Assembly (NCBI GenBank): GCA_943704425.1
Contig: CALSCP010001728.1
Location: forward strand, 1 to 40,754
Direction of reading: 5' to 3'
Length of the DNA: 40,754 nucleotides
Origin: Ministeria vibrans ATCC 50519
Taxonomy: Eukaryota > Protista > Filasterea
In this document: piece after piece, positions 1-13,631 of the stretch
Numbering within the stretch: position 1 is the first letter of the stretch
Layout of the letters: each line of letters begins with the position of its first letter
Notes under the pieces: model-generated
What the model was told of the DNA's origin: nothing
The model's input: the letters and a program-made list of their open reading frames with translations, nothing else
The model's database searches: none
Translations under genes and position numbers: made by a program

Positions 1-1
1 A

Positions 2-95
<94 letters not shown>
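2..95. repeat. (ATT)n microsatellite in an intron of the aminopeptidase gene
   Basis: Uninterrupted ATT repeat, followed by AT-rich sequence ending in the TAG acceptor at 163-165. Confidence 0.95.
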
Positions 96-97
<2 letters not shown>

Positions 98-165
98 ATT
101 ACAATAATATTAAATTATTATAATAATTATTATAACAATAATATTAATTTTTATTATTATTATAG

Positions 166-2630
166 ACAAAACTGCGGCAGATGTGATTGTGCGTGTGTAC
201 ACGCAAATCGGAGTGAAGGAGTCGGGCAAATTTGCCTTGCAGATGGCCACGCGAACACTCGACTATTTTGCCGACTACTTTGCCATTGTAAGTGCGAGAG
301 AAAGAGAAAGGGTGTTTTGTGCACCAATCTGACGCTTCTTTTTTAGCCGTACCCCTTGAAGAAGCTTGATCTTATTGCGATTCCTGACTTTGCGGCGGGC
401 GCCATGGAAAACTGGGGGTAACACATACACGAAGCACATATACAATCGTCTTTTCACTGCTCTCTTTTTTCAGTCTTGTGACATACCGCAATGTGATGCT
501 GCTGTTCAACGAGGCCACCACCCCGCTGAGCCTCAAGCAGCGCATTGCCTATGTCATTGCTCATGAACTTGCGCATCAGTGGTTTGGCAATCTGTGCACC
601 ATGGAGTGGTACGACTCTCACACTACTTGCTGAACATTTTAATTCTGATTTACGATGGTTCTTTTTTTTTTGTAGGTGGGTAAGTTCACATTCTCTCGTT
701 TCTCTTTGTTATGGTTTTATTTTCTTAATATCTCTTGCTTTCTCTTCCTTTCTTTTTTACTCTGTAAGACCGACCTGTGGCTCAATGAAGGTACGCTGAT
801 TCATTTCGTTCCTTTGCACTCATCCCTTTCCTATTGTTATTTTTCTTCTCTTCATCAAGGCTTTGCGACGTACGCTGGCTGGATGGCCGTCGAAGACGCC
901 TACCCCAAGTGGAAGGTCTTTGACCAGTTTGTGTCCTCCGAAATGTTCCGAGGATTCCAACTTGATGGACTGGTGTCGTCGCATCCCATTGAGGTTGAGG
1001 TCGCTAATTCGGCGCAGGTGGACGAGATCTTCGATGCCATTTCCTACTGCAAGGGCGCCTGCATCATCCGACAACTGGTGAGCTACATGGGCGAGGCGGC
1101 CTTCCAGACGGGAATGCGTGCGTACCTGAAGAAGCATGCTTTTGCCAATGCCAAGACAGCCGACCTGTGGGCGGCGCTGGGTGAAGCCTCCAAACTACCC
1201 ATTGCGGATATGATGGAGGTGTGGACCAAAACGACGGGTTACCCGGTAGTGTCGGTGAGCAGTGGTGCCAAGGATAATGACAACGACGATGGCTCGTTGG
1301 CACTTACACAACGTCGCTTCCTCTCGACGGGACCCCTTGCGGCCGACGCCGACTCGCCTGTTTGGTGTGTGCCTCTGCGCATGCGCGCCGATGGTACCCA
1401 GCCCGGCACGGAGCTCTTTGAGAGTGCCGCCGAAACCATTGTGCGACCAGCCAAGGCCTGGCTCAAGCTCAATGCCGACCAGTCGGCCTTCTACCGCGTC
1501 CACTACGACACCACCATGCGCTTCCGTCTTGTGGACGAGCTGCGCAAGCGTGGCGACTCAGCGACCCTCTCCGTGTCGGACCGTCTGGGCCTCATCAACG
1601 ATGCCTTTGTACTTGCCACCGCTGGCTACGCGTCCACCACGGATTTCCTCCAGCTCCTGTCGGCGTACCGTGGCGAGCGCGAGTACGTCGTGTGTGCCGA
1701 GATTGTCTCGTCGCTGTCGTCGTTGTCGTTTCTCTGGTCCGGCGAAGAGCAGCTCATCAAGGACCGCATTGGCGAGCTGTCCATGTCCATTGTGGAAGGA
1801 CGCGCCCTGCAGCTCGGCTGGGAGGTCAAGGCCGGCGAGAGCCATCTTGACGCGCTGCTGCGTCCCATTGTGGTCAACAAGGCGGGGGTACTGGGCCACA
1901 AGAAGATTGTTGCGGAGGGAAAGGAGCGCTTTGCGCGCTTCTGTGCTGGTGACGCTGACGCGCTTCACCCGGACATGCGCGCGGCAGCGTATCGCATTGC
2001 GTTGCGCACGGGTGGCGCCGACGAACTGGATGCGCTGTTCAAGGTGTACCGGGAGGCAAGCACATTCGATGCCAAGGTGGTCGTGCTGAGTGCGCTGGGT
2101 GCGACGCTCGACCCGCTTCTCGCCCGTCGTGTGCTTGACTTTGCCCTTTCCGACGAAGTACGTGCCCAGGACGTTACTTATCCTATTGCTTCGTGCGCCG
2201 CCAATCCTGCTCTCTCCAGGCTCACCTGGGACTTTGTCAAGGTAAACACATTCGGCATGCTGTATGATCTCTTTTAAGTGTCTTTTGTGTATGTTGTGTA
2301 GGAGAAATGGAGTGTGTTCTACGACCGATACTACGATGGTGCGTTCCTGCTGGGACGACTGGTGCAGGCCACCGCAGAGCGACTCATCTCCGAAGAAGCG
2401 GCTCTCGAAGTGGAGGTAACAAGAGAAAGAAGAAGAATAAAAAAAGAAGAAGTACTAAATGCTTGGACTTGGGTGTTGCTCTCTAGGCTTTTTTCAAGGA
2501 GCATCCTGCGCCGGCCATTGATCGTCCCATCCGTCAGTCGATCGAACGCATTCGTGCTCAGGCACAATGGCTGTCACGTGATCGTGAGAGTGTCAACGAG
2601 TGGCTGCGCACAAGTCAGTGGCTCATGTGA
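166..2630 (+). CDS. NPEPPS: Puromycin-sensitive / M1 family alanyl aminopeptidase (5' part outside window)
   Basis: Spliced exons ~166-287, 347-417, 474-608, 676-679, 769-790, 860-2241, 2302-2415, 2487-2630. They give PDFAAGAMENWG (GAMEN), [27 protein letters not shown] (HEXXH-X18-E zinc motif), FDAISYCKG, an ERAP1-C-like helical C-terminus and a TGA stop at 2628-2630. Confidence 0.93.
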
Positions 2631-2796
2631 GAAAATGAAGAATTTTGAGTTTGAGTTTGAACTTTGATCGGATCTTTACAATATTTTTACAATTTTTTGA
2701 CTGTGTACAAGCGTCAGTGGGCGTCTCGCAAGAGTTGTGACACAACTCTGTATCTTACCTATTGGCTGTTCCTGTGATTGTGAGGTTCCTATCCCT

Positions 2797-5754
2797 ATGC
2801 TAGTGTTGATTGGCGCTGCTCTCGCCGTCCTTTCACAGAGTGCCAACGGTTTGACCGATACTCTCAATCTTGCACTTGTCACGTGTGGAAGAGACACGCC
2901 ATTCTTCCAACAATGGAATGTAACACATGACCAATGGGACGAGATTCAGGTGAGCAGTTGAGAAGTTGCGCCTTGTCTGTTTCGCGGTTTGTTTGTTGAC
3001 AAAGTAACTCATTTGTTTGTAGTTGGTGACTCCATCAGCGCACCCCAAGTGCATGGACATTGATGGGTATGGCCAGGACGTGGGAAACCCCGTGTGGGCG
3101 TACCCGTGTTCGCAGTCGGCGCAAGGGAACGAGCAGTTCACCTTTGATGGTCGGCTGTTGGCGAGCAAGAGTGCCAGGGGAATGTGCGTGGGCGTCATCT
3201 TCACCGTCGAGTGGGCACCCGTTGTGCTGGTGCCGTGCAGCGAGTCCAAGGGCTTTGCCAACTTGACCCTCGATTCGCATGGACGCTTCGTGTCCGCCGT
3301 CAACTCCTCTCTGTGTCTCACAGGCTCAGCTCTGAGTGGTGAGACCTGCCAGTCCGCCTCACTTGCTCACTTGCCCTACTGTAACTCGTCGCTGCCCATT
3401 TCGGAGCGTGTTGAAGACCTCACACGGCGTGCGTCGGCCATCGAGAAGATTGGCATGCTCTCGTATCAGAACCCGGGCATTCCGCGCCTGGGTGTGCCCG
3501 TCAATGGCTATGGCGAGTGCCTTCACGGCGTGCGCTGCTCGTGTGGCACTCCTTCATCGTTAGCCAGCACCGGCTGCCCCACCTCCTTTCCCTGCGCCCT
3601 GCTCACCTCAGCGAGCTTCAACCGCACCCTCTTCTCAGCCATTGGTCAGACGGTGAGCACGGAGGCGCGTGCCCTCCACAACCAAGGACTTGTCGGTCTC
3701 AACCTATGGGCACCTGACGTCAAGTACGAACCCCAATAATAATTATTTTGTTCTCCGACGTGCTCCTATTGACCTTTGGATTTTTCTCTTACCAAGCGAG
3801 TTTCGCGACCCTCGGTGGGGTCGAGGCCAAGAGGTCCCCGGCGAAGACCCACATCTAAGCAGCGTGTACGCATACCACTATGTGCGTGCGCTGCAGGAAG
3901 GAGACGACCCGCGCTACTACAAAGTCATTTCCACTTGCAAAGTACCATAATAATAGAGATATTATAGAGAATAGATAGCTGTTATTAATTATTATTAATA
4001 TTGTTATACTACTATACTACTGTTTATATATTTTTATTATTATTGTTTTTTGTTGTTGTTGAGGGAAGCCAAGGGAATAGCAGGGTTTTTTGTCAACTCA
4101 CTTCTCGTACGTTACAGCATTTTAGTGCGTATGATCTGGAGAGCGACGGGAAGGTGAGTCGTCACAGCTACAATGCGATTGTGCCGTTTGACGACCTTGT
4201 GGACTACTACTGGCCGTCGTTTCAGTCGTGTGTGCAGGAGGCACACGCAGGCTCTATCATGTGCTCGTACAATGCGATCAATGGGACTCCGTCGTGTGCC
4301 AATGCACACTATAACAATGGCATTGTGCGGGCCGAATGGGCCTTTGACGGGTTCTTTGTGAGCGACTGCAATGCCATTTCCAACTTTCTTCCGGCCAATC
4401 ACAACTACAGCGCGACCCCCGACGATGCAGTGCGCGATGGGCTCCGGGGCGGCTGTGACGTTGACTGTGGCAACATATACACGACGAGCGGGCCGAATGC
4501 CTTCCTCAAGGGCACCATTGACTTGCATGACGTCGACCTGGCCTTTGGACGCGTCGCCCACCACATGATTCGTCTGGGCGCACTCGATAATCCTGCAGAC
4601 CAGCCGTACACGCGACTCACGGCGGCCGACGTGGACACGCCCGAGGGTCGCGCTCTGGCACTGTCTGCGGCAGAACAGAGCATTGTGCTGCTGCAGAACC
4701 ACAACGAATTGCTGCCGCTGTTGTCCAGCGCACGACTGGCGGTCATTGGACCGCAGGCCAACGCCACGCAGACTCTCCTCTCCAACTACCATGGGAGCAA
4801 CACGCTTGTCGACTCGCACTCGGTGTTGCAGGCGCTTCAGGCACGTCGAGTGCCTCTGACGTACGAGCCGGCGCTGAGTAGCGTCACTGACACTAACACA
4901 ACTGGCATTGCGGCGGCTGCTCGCGCTGCAGCGCAGGCTGACGTCGCTCTGGTTCTCATTGGACTCGACCAATCGTGTGAGCGCGAGAGCAAAGACCGTG
5001 GGTCGCTTGAGCTGCCGGGTGCACAGCTGCAATTGGTACAGGCAGTCCTTTCAGCCAACCCTAAGACAGTGGTGGTGCTCATCAACGGGGGAGTTGTCGA
5101 TGCGACCTGGCTCAAGCCCAATGTGCCCGCCATCGTTGAGGCATTCTATCCGGGCGAGATGGGCGGCGATGCGATCGCTAATGTGCTCTTTGGCGATGTA
5201 AATCCCAGCGGCCGTCTGCCTGTGACCTACTACACTAATGCAATCACGCAGCGCGACAAGAGCAACATGGACCTGGCTTCCGACGGCGGCATCACCTACA
5301 TGTACTACGACGGTCCCGTCTCCTGGCCCTTTGGCTTTGGTCTTAGCTACACTACTTTTGCCTATGAGCCTGTAAAAGTGGTACGCAATCATCTGAGTGT
5401 GCAGAAAACCTATATAAAAAATTGATTTAGCCGCAACGCGTTTTGGCACGACCTTCCGACGACATTGTCTTCCGTGTACGTGTGACCAACACTGGAAATC
5501 GCACCGGGGCGACGTCTGTGCTTGGATTTGCCACTCCGCCTCAGCAGCGACGCTTGCCCACCGATCGTGTCGCGCCGAAGAAGAAGCTGTTTGCCTTTGA
5601 GCGCACACCCGACTTAGCACCGGGAGAGGCAATTGAGATTGACCTTGCTGCTTCACCCGCCGTCTTCACGCGCGCACACCAGTACACCCCCGGCACCTAC
5701 CTCTTTCGCCTTGCCGACGTCGATGAGCCTATTGCTGTTCTTCAGATGGTTTAG
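2797..5754 (+). CDS. Secreted GH3 beta-xylosidase/arabinosidase-like protein with N-terminal ricin-B (CBM13-like) lectin domain and C-terminal Fn3-like domain
   Basis: Exons ~2797-2949, 3023-3723, 3797-3941, 4118-5380, 5431-5754. Signal peptide [18 protein letters not shown], ricin-like CMDID..GNEQF, and GH3 motifs [47 protein letters not shown] (nucleophile Asp), [29 protein letters not shown]. Confidence 0.92.
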
Positions 5755-5890
5755 TCAAGAAATGGAAATCTAACAATAAATAATCATAAAAGAAACATAC
5801 GTTTGTGTTTGTATTTTGCAGAGCAAATAAGAAAAACTCAAAAAAGACCAAAGACGAATAATATTAGTTTCTTTTTCTTTTCTAATCTCC

Positions 5891-7376
5891 ATGGACGACC
5901 TCCTGGTGAGAACGCGACAACCGGACGTCACCACATCAAGTGACTTGGCCGCTGCCGTGGAGGCGCTTGCTGGTCGAAGCGCCTGGTTGGCTCTGAATGA
6001 TCCGAATGTCCAACGACGCATTTCACTCTTTCGGCTGGCACGCAACTGTGCTGTGACGCCGTCGTCGACGCTGAATGATCCAGCCGTGCCTGACATTGCC
6101 TGGGAACTGGTGTCGCGGGGGTTTCTCAACGCAGCAAGGTGAGCAAGCCAAGAGCAATGCCGCCACTTACGTTTCCCGCCGCAGATGTACACTCCAGTCG
6201 ACGTTGTGTGACCCCGTTGTACAGCGGGCTGCCGCGCAATTTGTAGCCAATGCTGCTGCCGCAAGTATGGCCGTCCGAGCGCTGGTGTGGAACACGTTCC
6301 ATCCCGATTTGTTCTACGCGTTGCTGTCGCCCTGCGCATCCCGCTCCATCGACCTCCTGGCCGAAGCCGTTCTGGCTACGCTGAACTCCTGTCTCTGTCT
6401 TGAATCACGCCATCTCAGGCTAGCTCTCTCTCCACCACTGGCACGCGCCTGTGTTGCGCTTCTTCCCAGCATTGGCGACCGTGCTTACGAGTTTGCCATG
6501 ATGATCATTGTCAAACTACTCAACGCCGGTGTCCTGCTCGAAGCCTTTGCCTCGGACCACGCCTACCATCTTGCCTTGCTTCACTTTATTGACGAGGCTG
6601 TGACCAGGTGAGAGCGTCGGAAAGCGATATATATGTATATATATATAAATTTTACAACTCAATTTATGCGCAGATGTGAATTTGTGCGCGTCTCCGAGCG
6701 CCAGTGGTCGTTTGAGCTGCACCAGGACCCATCTTTGCCGTTGGTGGTGTCGGCAGCAGACCTCGCGCGACTAGTCAACTTTCTGAAACGTATCCGTGTG
6801 GAAGATTTGTTTGCAAGGAGTGAAGGAGAGGAGGAGTGTCGGGACACGCAACTGGATCGTGTGCAGCTTGTCGTGCGACTGCTAGGGACACTGTGTGAGA
6901 AGGACACAGGTCGCGGTGCGAGTGACTCTGCTCCTTGTGTGAGTGATATTGTAGGACCTTTGGGCATGATTGAGTGGTGTGCGAGTGCTCTTGAGTCCCT
7001 CAAGCATGTGCAGCCAGTGCAACAACGGTTCGCCACGAACGCCGACGAGACTGTTACTGCCGAAACAGGTCTCAAGGGCGCACTGGTGCGTCTCATTGGC
7101 AATGCCGCGTACCGACACAACGCAAACCAACTGTGCGCTCTCGATTGCGGCGCAGTGGCGCTCATCCTTGCGCACACCACAGTTGACGAGACGTCACCCT
7201 TTGTGCGCGAGTGGGCTCTGCTCTCCATTCGCAATCTGTGCGAAGGCAATACCAACGTACAGTCGTTCATTGCACAACTTGAGAAACGCTCACCCGCCGA
7301 AAATGAAGCGCTGCGCTCAATGGGAGTTGAAGCGGAGTTTGATGCAGACGGAAAGCTCCACTTGAAAAAGCAATGA
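5891..7376 (+). CDS. ATXN10: Ataxin-10 / Ctr86 homolog (ARM-like)
   Basis: Exons 5891-6138, 6185-6607, 6674-7376 join in frame. The C-terminal signature KGALVRLIGNAAYRHNANQ...VDETSPFVREWALLSIRNLCEGNTNVQSFIAQL matches the ataxin-10 associated domain. Confidence 0.85.
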
Positions 7377-7573
7377 GTCATGTATAATTATCGTTGTAAA
7401 CCCCCTTTTTCGCTGTATTATTTCAAATTTATGGAAACCACACGCACACACACACACACACAGGAAGGAAAATAGAAGGGAAAATAAAAGGGAATAAAGA
7501 GAGAGAACGAAGGTGATAAAAGAGAGAGAGAGAGAAAGAGAGAGAGAGACCTCGCATTCGTTTGGGGAAGGGT

Positions 7574-8378
7574 CTACTCGCGAGCGACCAGTGCAAGCTT
7601 GAGGGTTGTCTGCTTGATGTCGCTGTCGCCTTCGCCCAAGATCACAGCCCCCGCCGGAAGGGCGCTCAAGGGCTGCAGTGCATGACCCTTGTTGGTGTCA
7701 GTCAGCATATCTAAAGAGAAGGAGTGAGTGAGTGAGTGGGGTATGTGTCAGAGAGGATTCGACGTACCAGAGTGAGCTTCGATGACTCGTGCGAGCTGCA
7801 CTGCCTCGTTGTCCAATGCCACCTCAAAGTACACCGACACAAGATCCTTTGCCTTGAGTCCCAACTAAACAAAGGCAACGCTATCAGTCAAAACCCAAAA
7901 AATAGAAAGAGAGTACACAAAAAGATGGCATCATACCGACTTGCGCAGACGCTGAATGCGATTGACAACCTCGCGCGCAATGCCTTCGTCACGCATCTCC
8001 TGCGTCTCCCGGATGTCCAGCAGTAGCAGCACATCGCCCACAATGTGACTGGCAAACGAGTCAGAGTGTGTTGCCGCCAAAAACGGCGAAATCTTCACGT
8101 CCTCCGTCGTGATCACCTGGCCCTCCAGCATCATTGTGCCTCGCGCACAGAACTCCTCCACTGCCTCCGGTCCCATCCTAGTCAGTTACAAAAATAATGA
8201 GTCTGGTGTGTTCGTTTTCTTCTCCAAGGTGTGTGTGTGTTTTATACTCGATGATCTGAGTGTGAACTGCCTTGTACACGTCCTTCATACGCGCTCCAAG
8301 ACGTCGCGAGTCCGGCTGAGCCTTCAGTTGCACGCCGAACCTTGAAAAAAAAAAAAGGTGTCAATATTTCTCTGTTCC

Positions 8379-8476
<98 letters not shown>

Positions 8477-8796
8477 CGTCTGTCTCTCTGTCCGTCTGTC
8501 TCTCTGTCCGTCTGTCTCTCTATGGCTCGTACTGTTCGCGGTCATTGGTCGTCGTGACCTTCTTGACATTAAGCTCTTCACGAATGTACTGCTCAAGCGA
8601 GTCAATGTCGTCGAGTGTCTCCTGATTCGTGTTGATGACAATCACCTCCGCGAGAGGGTACTAACACACAACAGTCAATCCGTCAAAAAGGCACTTTAAA
8701 GGGATTTTTATGTATATGTGCGTGGTGTCTGTGTGGCTCTCTCTCTCTATCACTTTGTTTCTTTCTCCCTCCTCTCTCTCTATCACTTTGTTTCTT

Positions 8797-8827
<31 letters not shown>

Positions 8828-10248
8828 ATCACCTTGTTTCTTTCTCCCTCCTTTCTCTCTCTATCACTTTGTTTCTTTCTCCCTCCTTTCTCTCTCTCTG
8901 ATTATCTATCCCTATGTGTAAGTTTTCTGACGTACCTTAAGACCAATCTGCTTTGACTCACGCAGGTAGCGACCCATGTCGATGACACGCTGCATGGTTG
9001 CGATGCCGCGCTCAATCGACTCATTAGTGTACTCCTTGCGCGCCTGTGGGAGCATCAGGAAATGAACTGAGCGTGTGTCATCGTTCGAGTCAGTCTCCTT
9101 GAGCGACACGCGCAGCTGCTGGTACAGCGTCTCCGAGAGGAATGGCGTGAACGGCGCCAGAATGCACACGGCTGTCAGGAGCACCTCAAAGAGTGCAGCA
9201 ACAGCCACGCGTGAGTCATCAGACGACACGCCTGTTTCGCCCTTGAGACGACGGCGATTCAATCGCACATACCAGTTGGTCAGAAGCGACACAAACTCCA
9301 CCAAACGAGGCATCTAAAAAGAGACGTAACCGATTCACGGTTAATACGTGAGAGTCACATTCTCACTTTGCATGTATTCTTTTTTTCTCTCTATATATAT
9401 AATTATATTATACTATTTAGATAGTATTATCACTTTTTTCTCAGTCTTTCTTTCTCCTCCCTCTTCCCGTCTATGTGCGTGTTTGTACGTACGACTGTGT
9501 AGAGACGATACACCTCCATCTCATTGTGGACAAACTGCACGAGCGTCTGCGTGTACGACAGCATCCACACGTCCATCGTGTTAGTCGACTCGTTCAGCAC
9601 AGTCGGGTCGTGCACAAAAGGAGTCGATTCGGTGTCCTACACGAATAAACAGTTGAACGTCTTTCTCTTTCCCCTCTCTTTGCTGTTGGAATCCAGTCCT
9701 TCTTTCTGCATACGTTGATGCGCTGCACTTGGTCGAGGCACATCTTGCACGCGTTGTACAACGGAATGAACACGTCACGCAGCACTCCCTTGACGCCATT
9801 CTCAGAGAACTTGAGTGACTAGAGACAAAGTCAAATGTGAGCGAATAAACATCACTCATGCAATCATGGAGTTCTTTTTTTTGTCAATAGTTGCTTTGCT
9901 TTACCTCTGCGCGCACCACAGGTGAGTTGATGAGGTACATGCGCACGGCATCGGCACCATACTTGTCGACAAGCAGCATTGGGTCGGGATAGTTCTTCAA
10001 GCGTTTGCTCATCTTGTCGCCCTTTTCGTTGAGCACAATGCCTACACAGAAGTGAGACGACTCTTACAAAGAGAACTAGAGTTTCATATGAGAATGCTTA
10101 CCGTTGACGATGACGTTCTGGAAAGCAGGCTTGTCAAAGAGAATGGTTGACAGCACCATGAGAGTGTAAAACCAGCCGCGGGTCTGGTCAATGCCCTCTG
10201 CAATGAACTGTGCCGGAAAGTGACTCTCAAACGACTATATACCAAAAG

Positions 10249-10286
<38 letters not shown>

Positions 10287-10769
10287 AGAAAAGAACATGA
10301 GACAATCAGTCAAAACTCACGCCCATGTCAAAAAGGAGGTATTGATTTTTCGTGTACCTCTTTGTTCTCAAAAGGGTAGTGAGCCTGTGCATAGGGCATG
10401 GAGCCCGACTCGAACCAGCAGTCAAACACTTCGGAAATGCGACGCAGAGGAGGACCTGACGGGTTGTTCTCGCTGGGGATGGTCAGATCATCGATCGACT
10501 CACGATGCAGATCAGTCACTGCAAGAAGGAACGGTAAAAAGCAAACACACACAGTGAGAGAAAACAATATATGAAGAGAGCGTGAGTAAAAAAGAGTGGT
10601 GTGCATAGTAACGCTGTGAATCAAAAGTGAGTGAGTTGTACCAGTGACACCGGTGCGACGGGAGAGTTCTTCAATTGAACCAATGCAGACAATCTCGGTG
10701 AAGTCCTCGTTGGTCCACAGCGGGATAGGAGTGCCCCAGTAGCGATTGCGGCTCACCGCCTTTACGGAA

Positions 10770-10826
<57 letters not shown>

Positions 10827-11797
10827 ATGAGTGTGCAATTGAACACTCAACAAAATATACTCACCCAGTCCTGAGCACCGACAAGCCAATTGTGGAAGCG
10901 GCCTTCCTTCACAAAGTTGGGCACCCAGTGCGTCTGGTTGTTGTTAGCGACGAGACGGTCCTTGATCTTCTCAACGGCAATGAACCACGACGGGACGGCA
11001 CGATAGAGCAGTGGCGTATCAGACCTATAAATGGGACTCGTCATTCCACGACCAACGCGAAGAGACGCTTTGAGTTTTTTTTTTCAATGTTATTACCGCC
11101 AGCAGTATGGGTACTGATGCTTGATGCTCTCCGTCTTGAGCACACGGTTGCGTTTCTTCAGCGCAATGAGAATCTCCTTGTCGGCCGTCTTGACATAGAC
11201 ACCTTCAAAGTCGGTGACGGGCGCGGTGAAACAGCCCTTGGCGTCGAGTGGGCACACGACTGAGTCGGGTGTGTAGCTGCGCGAGATCACTCCGCCTGCA
11301 AGACACACCCGGTAATCGTCTTCGCCAAAGAATGGTGCGCAGTGCACAACACCCGAGCTATAAAAACACACAAAAAAAAAGTTGAAGAGTCGATTAAGTG
11401 AAAAACAGACGAAACATGACTGTTTTACCCACTGTCATCGGTGACATAACCGTCAGCGAGCACACGGAAGGCACCCGTCTCACGTCGACTCGCATAGTAG
11501 TCGAAAAGTGGCTCATACTCGCGACCCGCCAGATCCGCACCCGTCATGCGTTCAAGAATCTCCCACGGCAGCTCATCCTTGTTGTCGCTCGCTGGAGTCA
11601 CTTCTGTTGGTGTTGCTGCTGCTGCCGTCTCTCCTCCTCCTTCTGCTGCTGCTGCTGCTTCCGCCGCCTTCTCCCTCTTCTTGTTCCCCTTGCGCTTTGA
11701 CGCGGCACCCGCTACAGCAACATTGGCCGACGCTTTGGGCGCACCCTTGCCAAACACATACGGCAGACGGTTCTCCAGACAAATATACTCCTTTCCT
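7574..11797 (-). CDS. IARS1: Cytosolic isoleucyl-tRNA synthetase, many exons; N-terminal part (HIGH motif) absent from the sequence
   Basis: Spliced product contains [108 protein letters not shown] and [19 protein letters not shown] stop at 7574-7576. The first visible exon starts ~11797 after an AG acceptor. Confidence 0.95.
8383..8472. repeat. (TC)n microsatellite in IleRS intron
   Basis: Pure TC dinucleotide run; the flanking IleRS exons join in frame (DREQ/FGVQLKA). Confidence 0.95.
8737..8900 (-). repeat. Dispersed GA-rich minisatellite (core GAAAGAAACAAAGTGATAGAGAGA), intronic cluster in IleRS
   Basis: About four copies of TCTCTCTATCACTTTGTTTCTTTCTC on the + strand. Confidence 0.85.
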
Positions 11798-11873
11798 CTA
11801 CTCCACACACAAAGAAAAACACGCCCACAGAAACATATGAGTCACACGCGCTCTCCCTCTCTATATATATATA

Positions 11874-11975
<102 letters not shown>

Positions 11976-11990
11976 GCACTCTATCATCAG

Positions 11991-13550
<1,560 letters not shown>

Positions 13551-13631
13551 AAACCACAACACACAACACAACACACACACTAATATTAATACACAGACTC
13601 AACTTTAAATGTAAGCGAAAAAATTGAATTT

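Noticed and set aside
10248-10825. Long poly-A runs as retro-insertion tails
   Set aside because: On the IleRS sense strand they are poly-T tracts directly upstream of 3' splice sites; no target-site duplications are seen.
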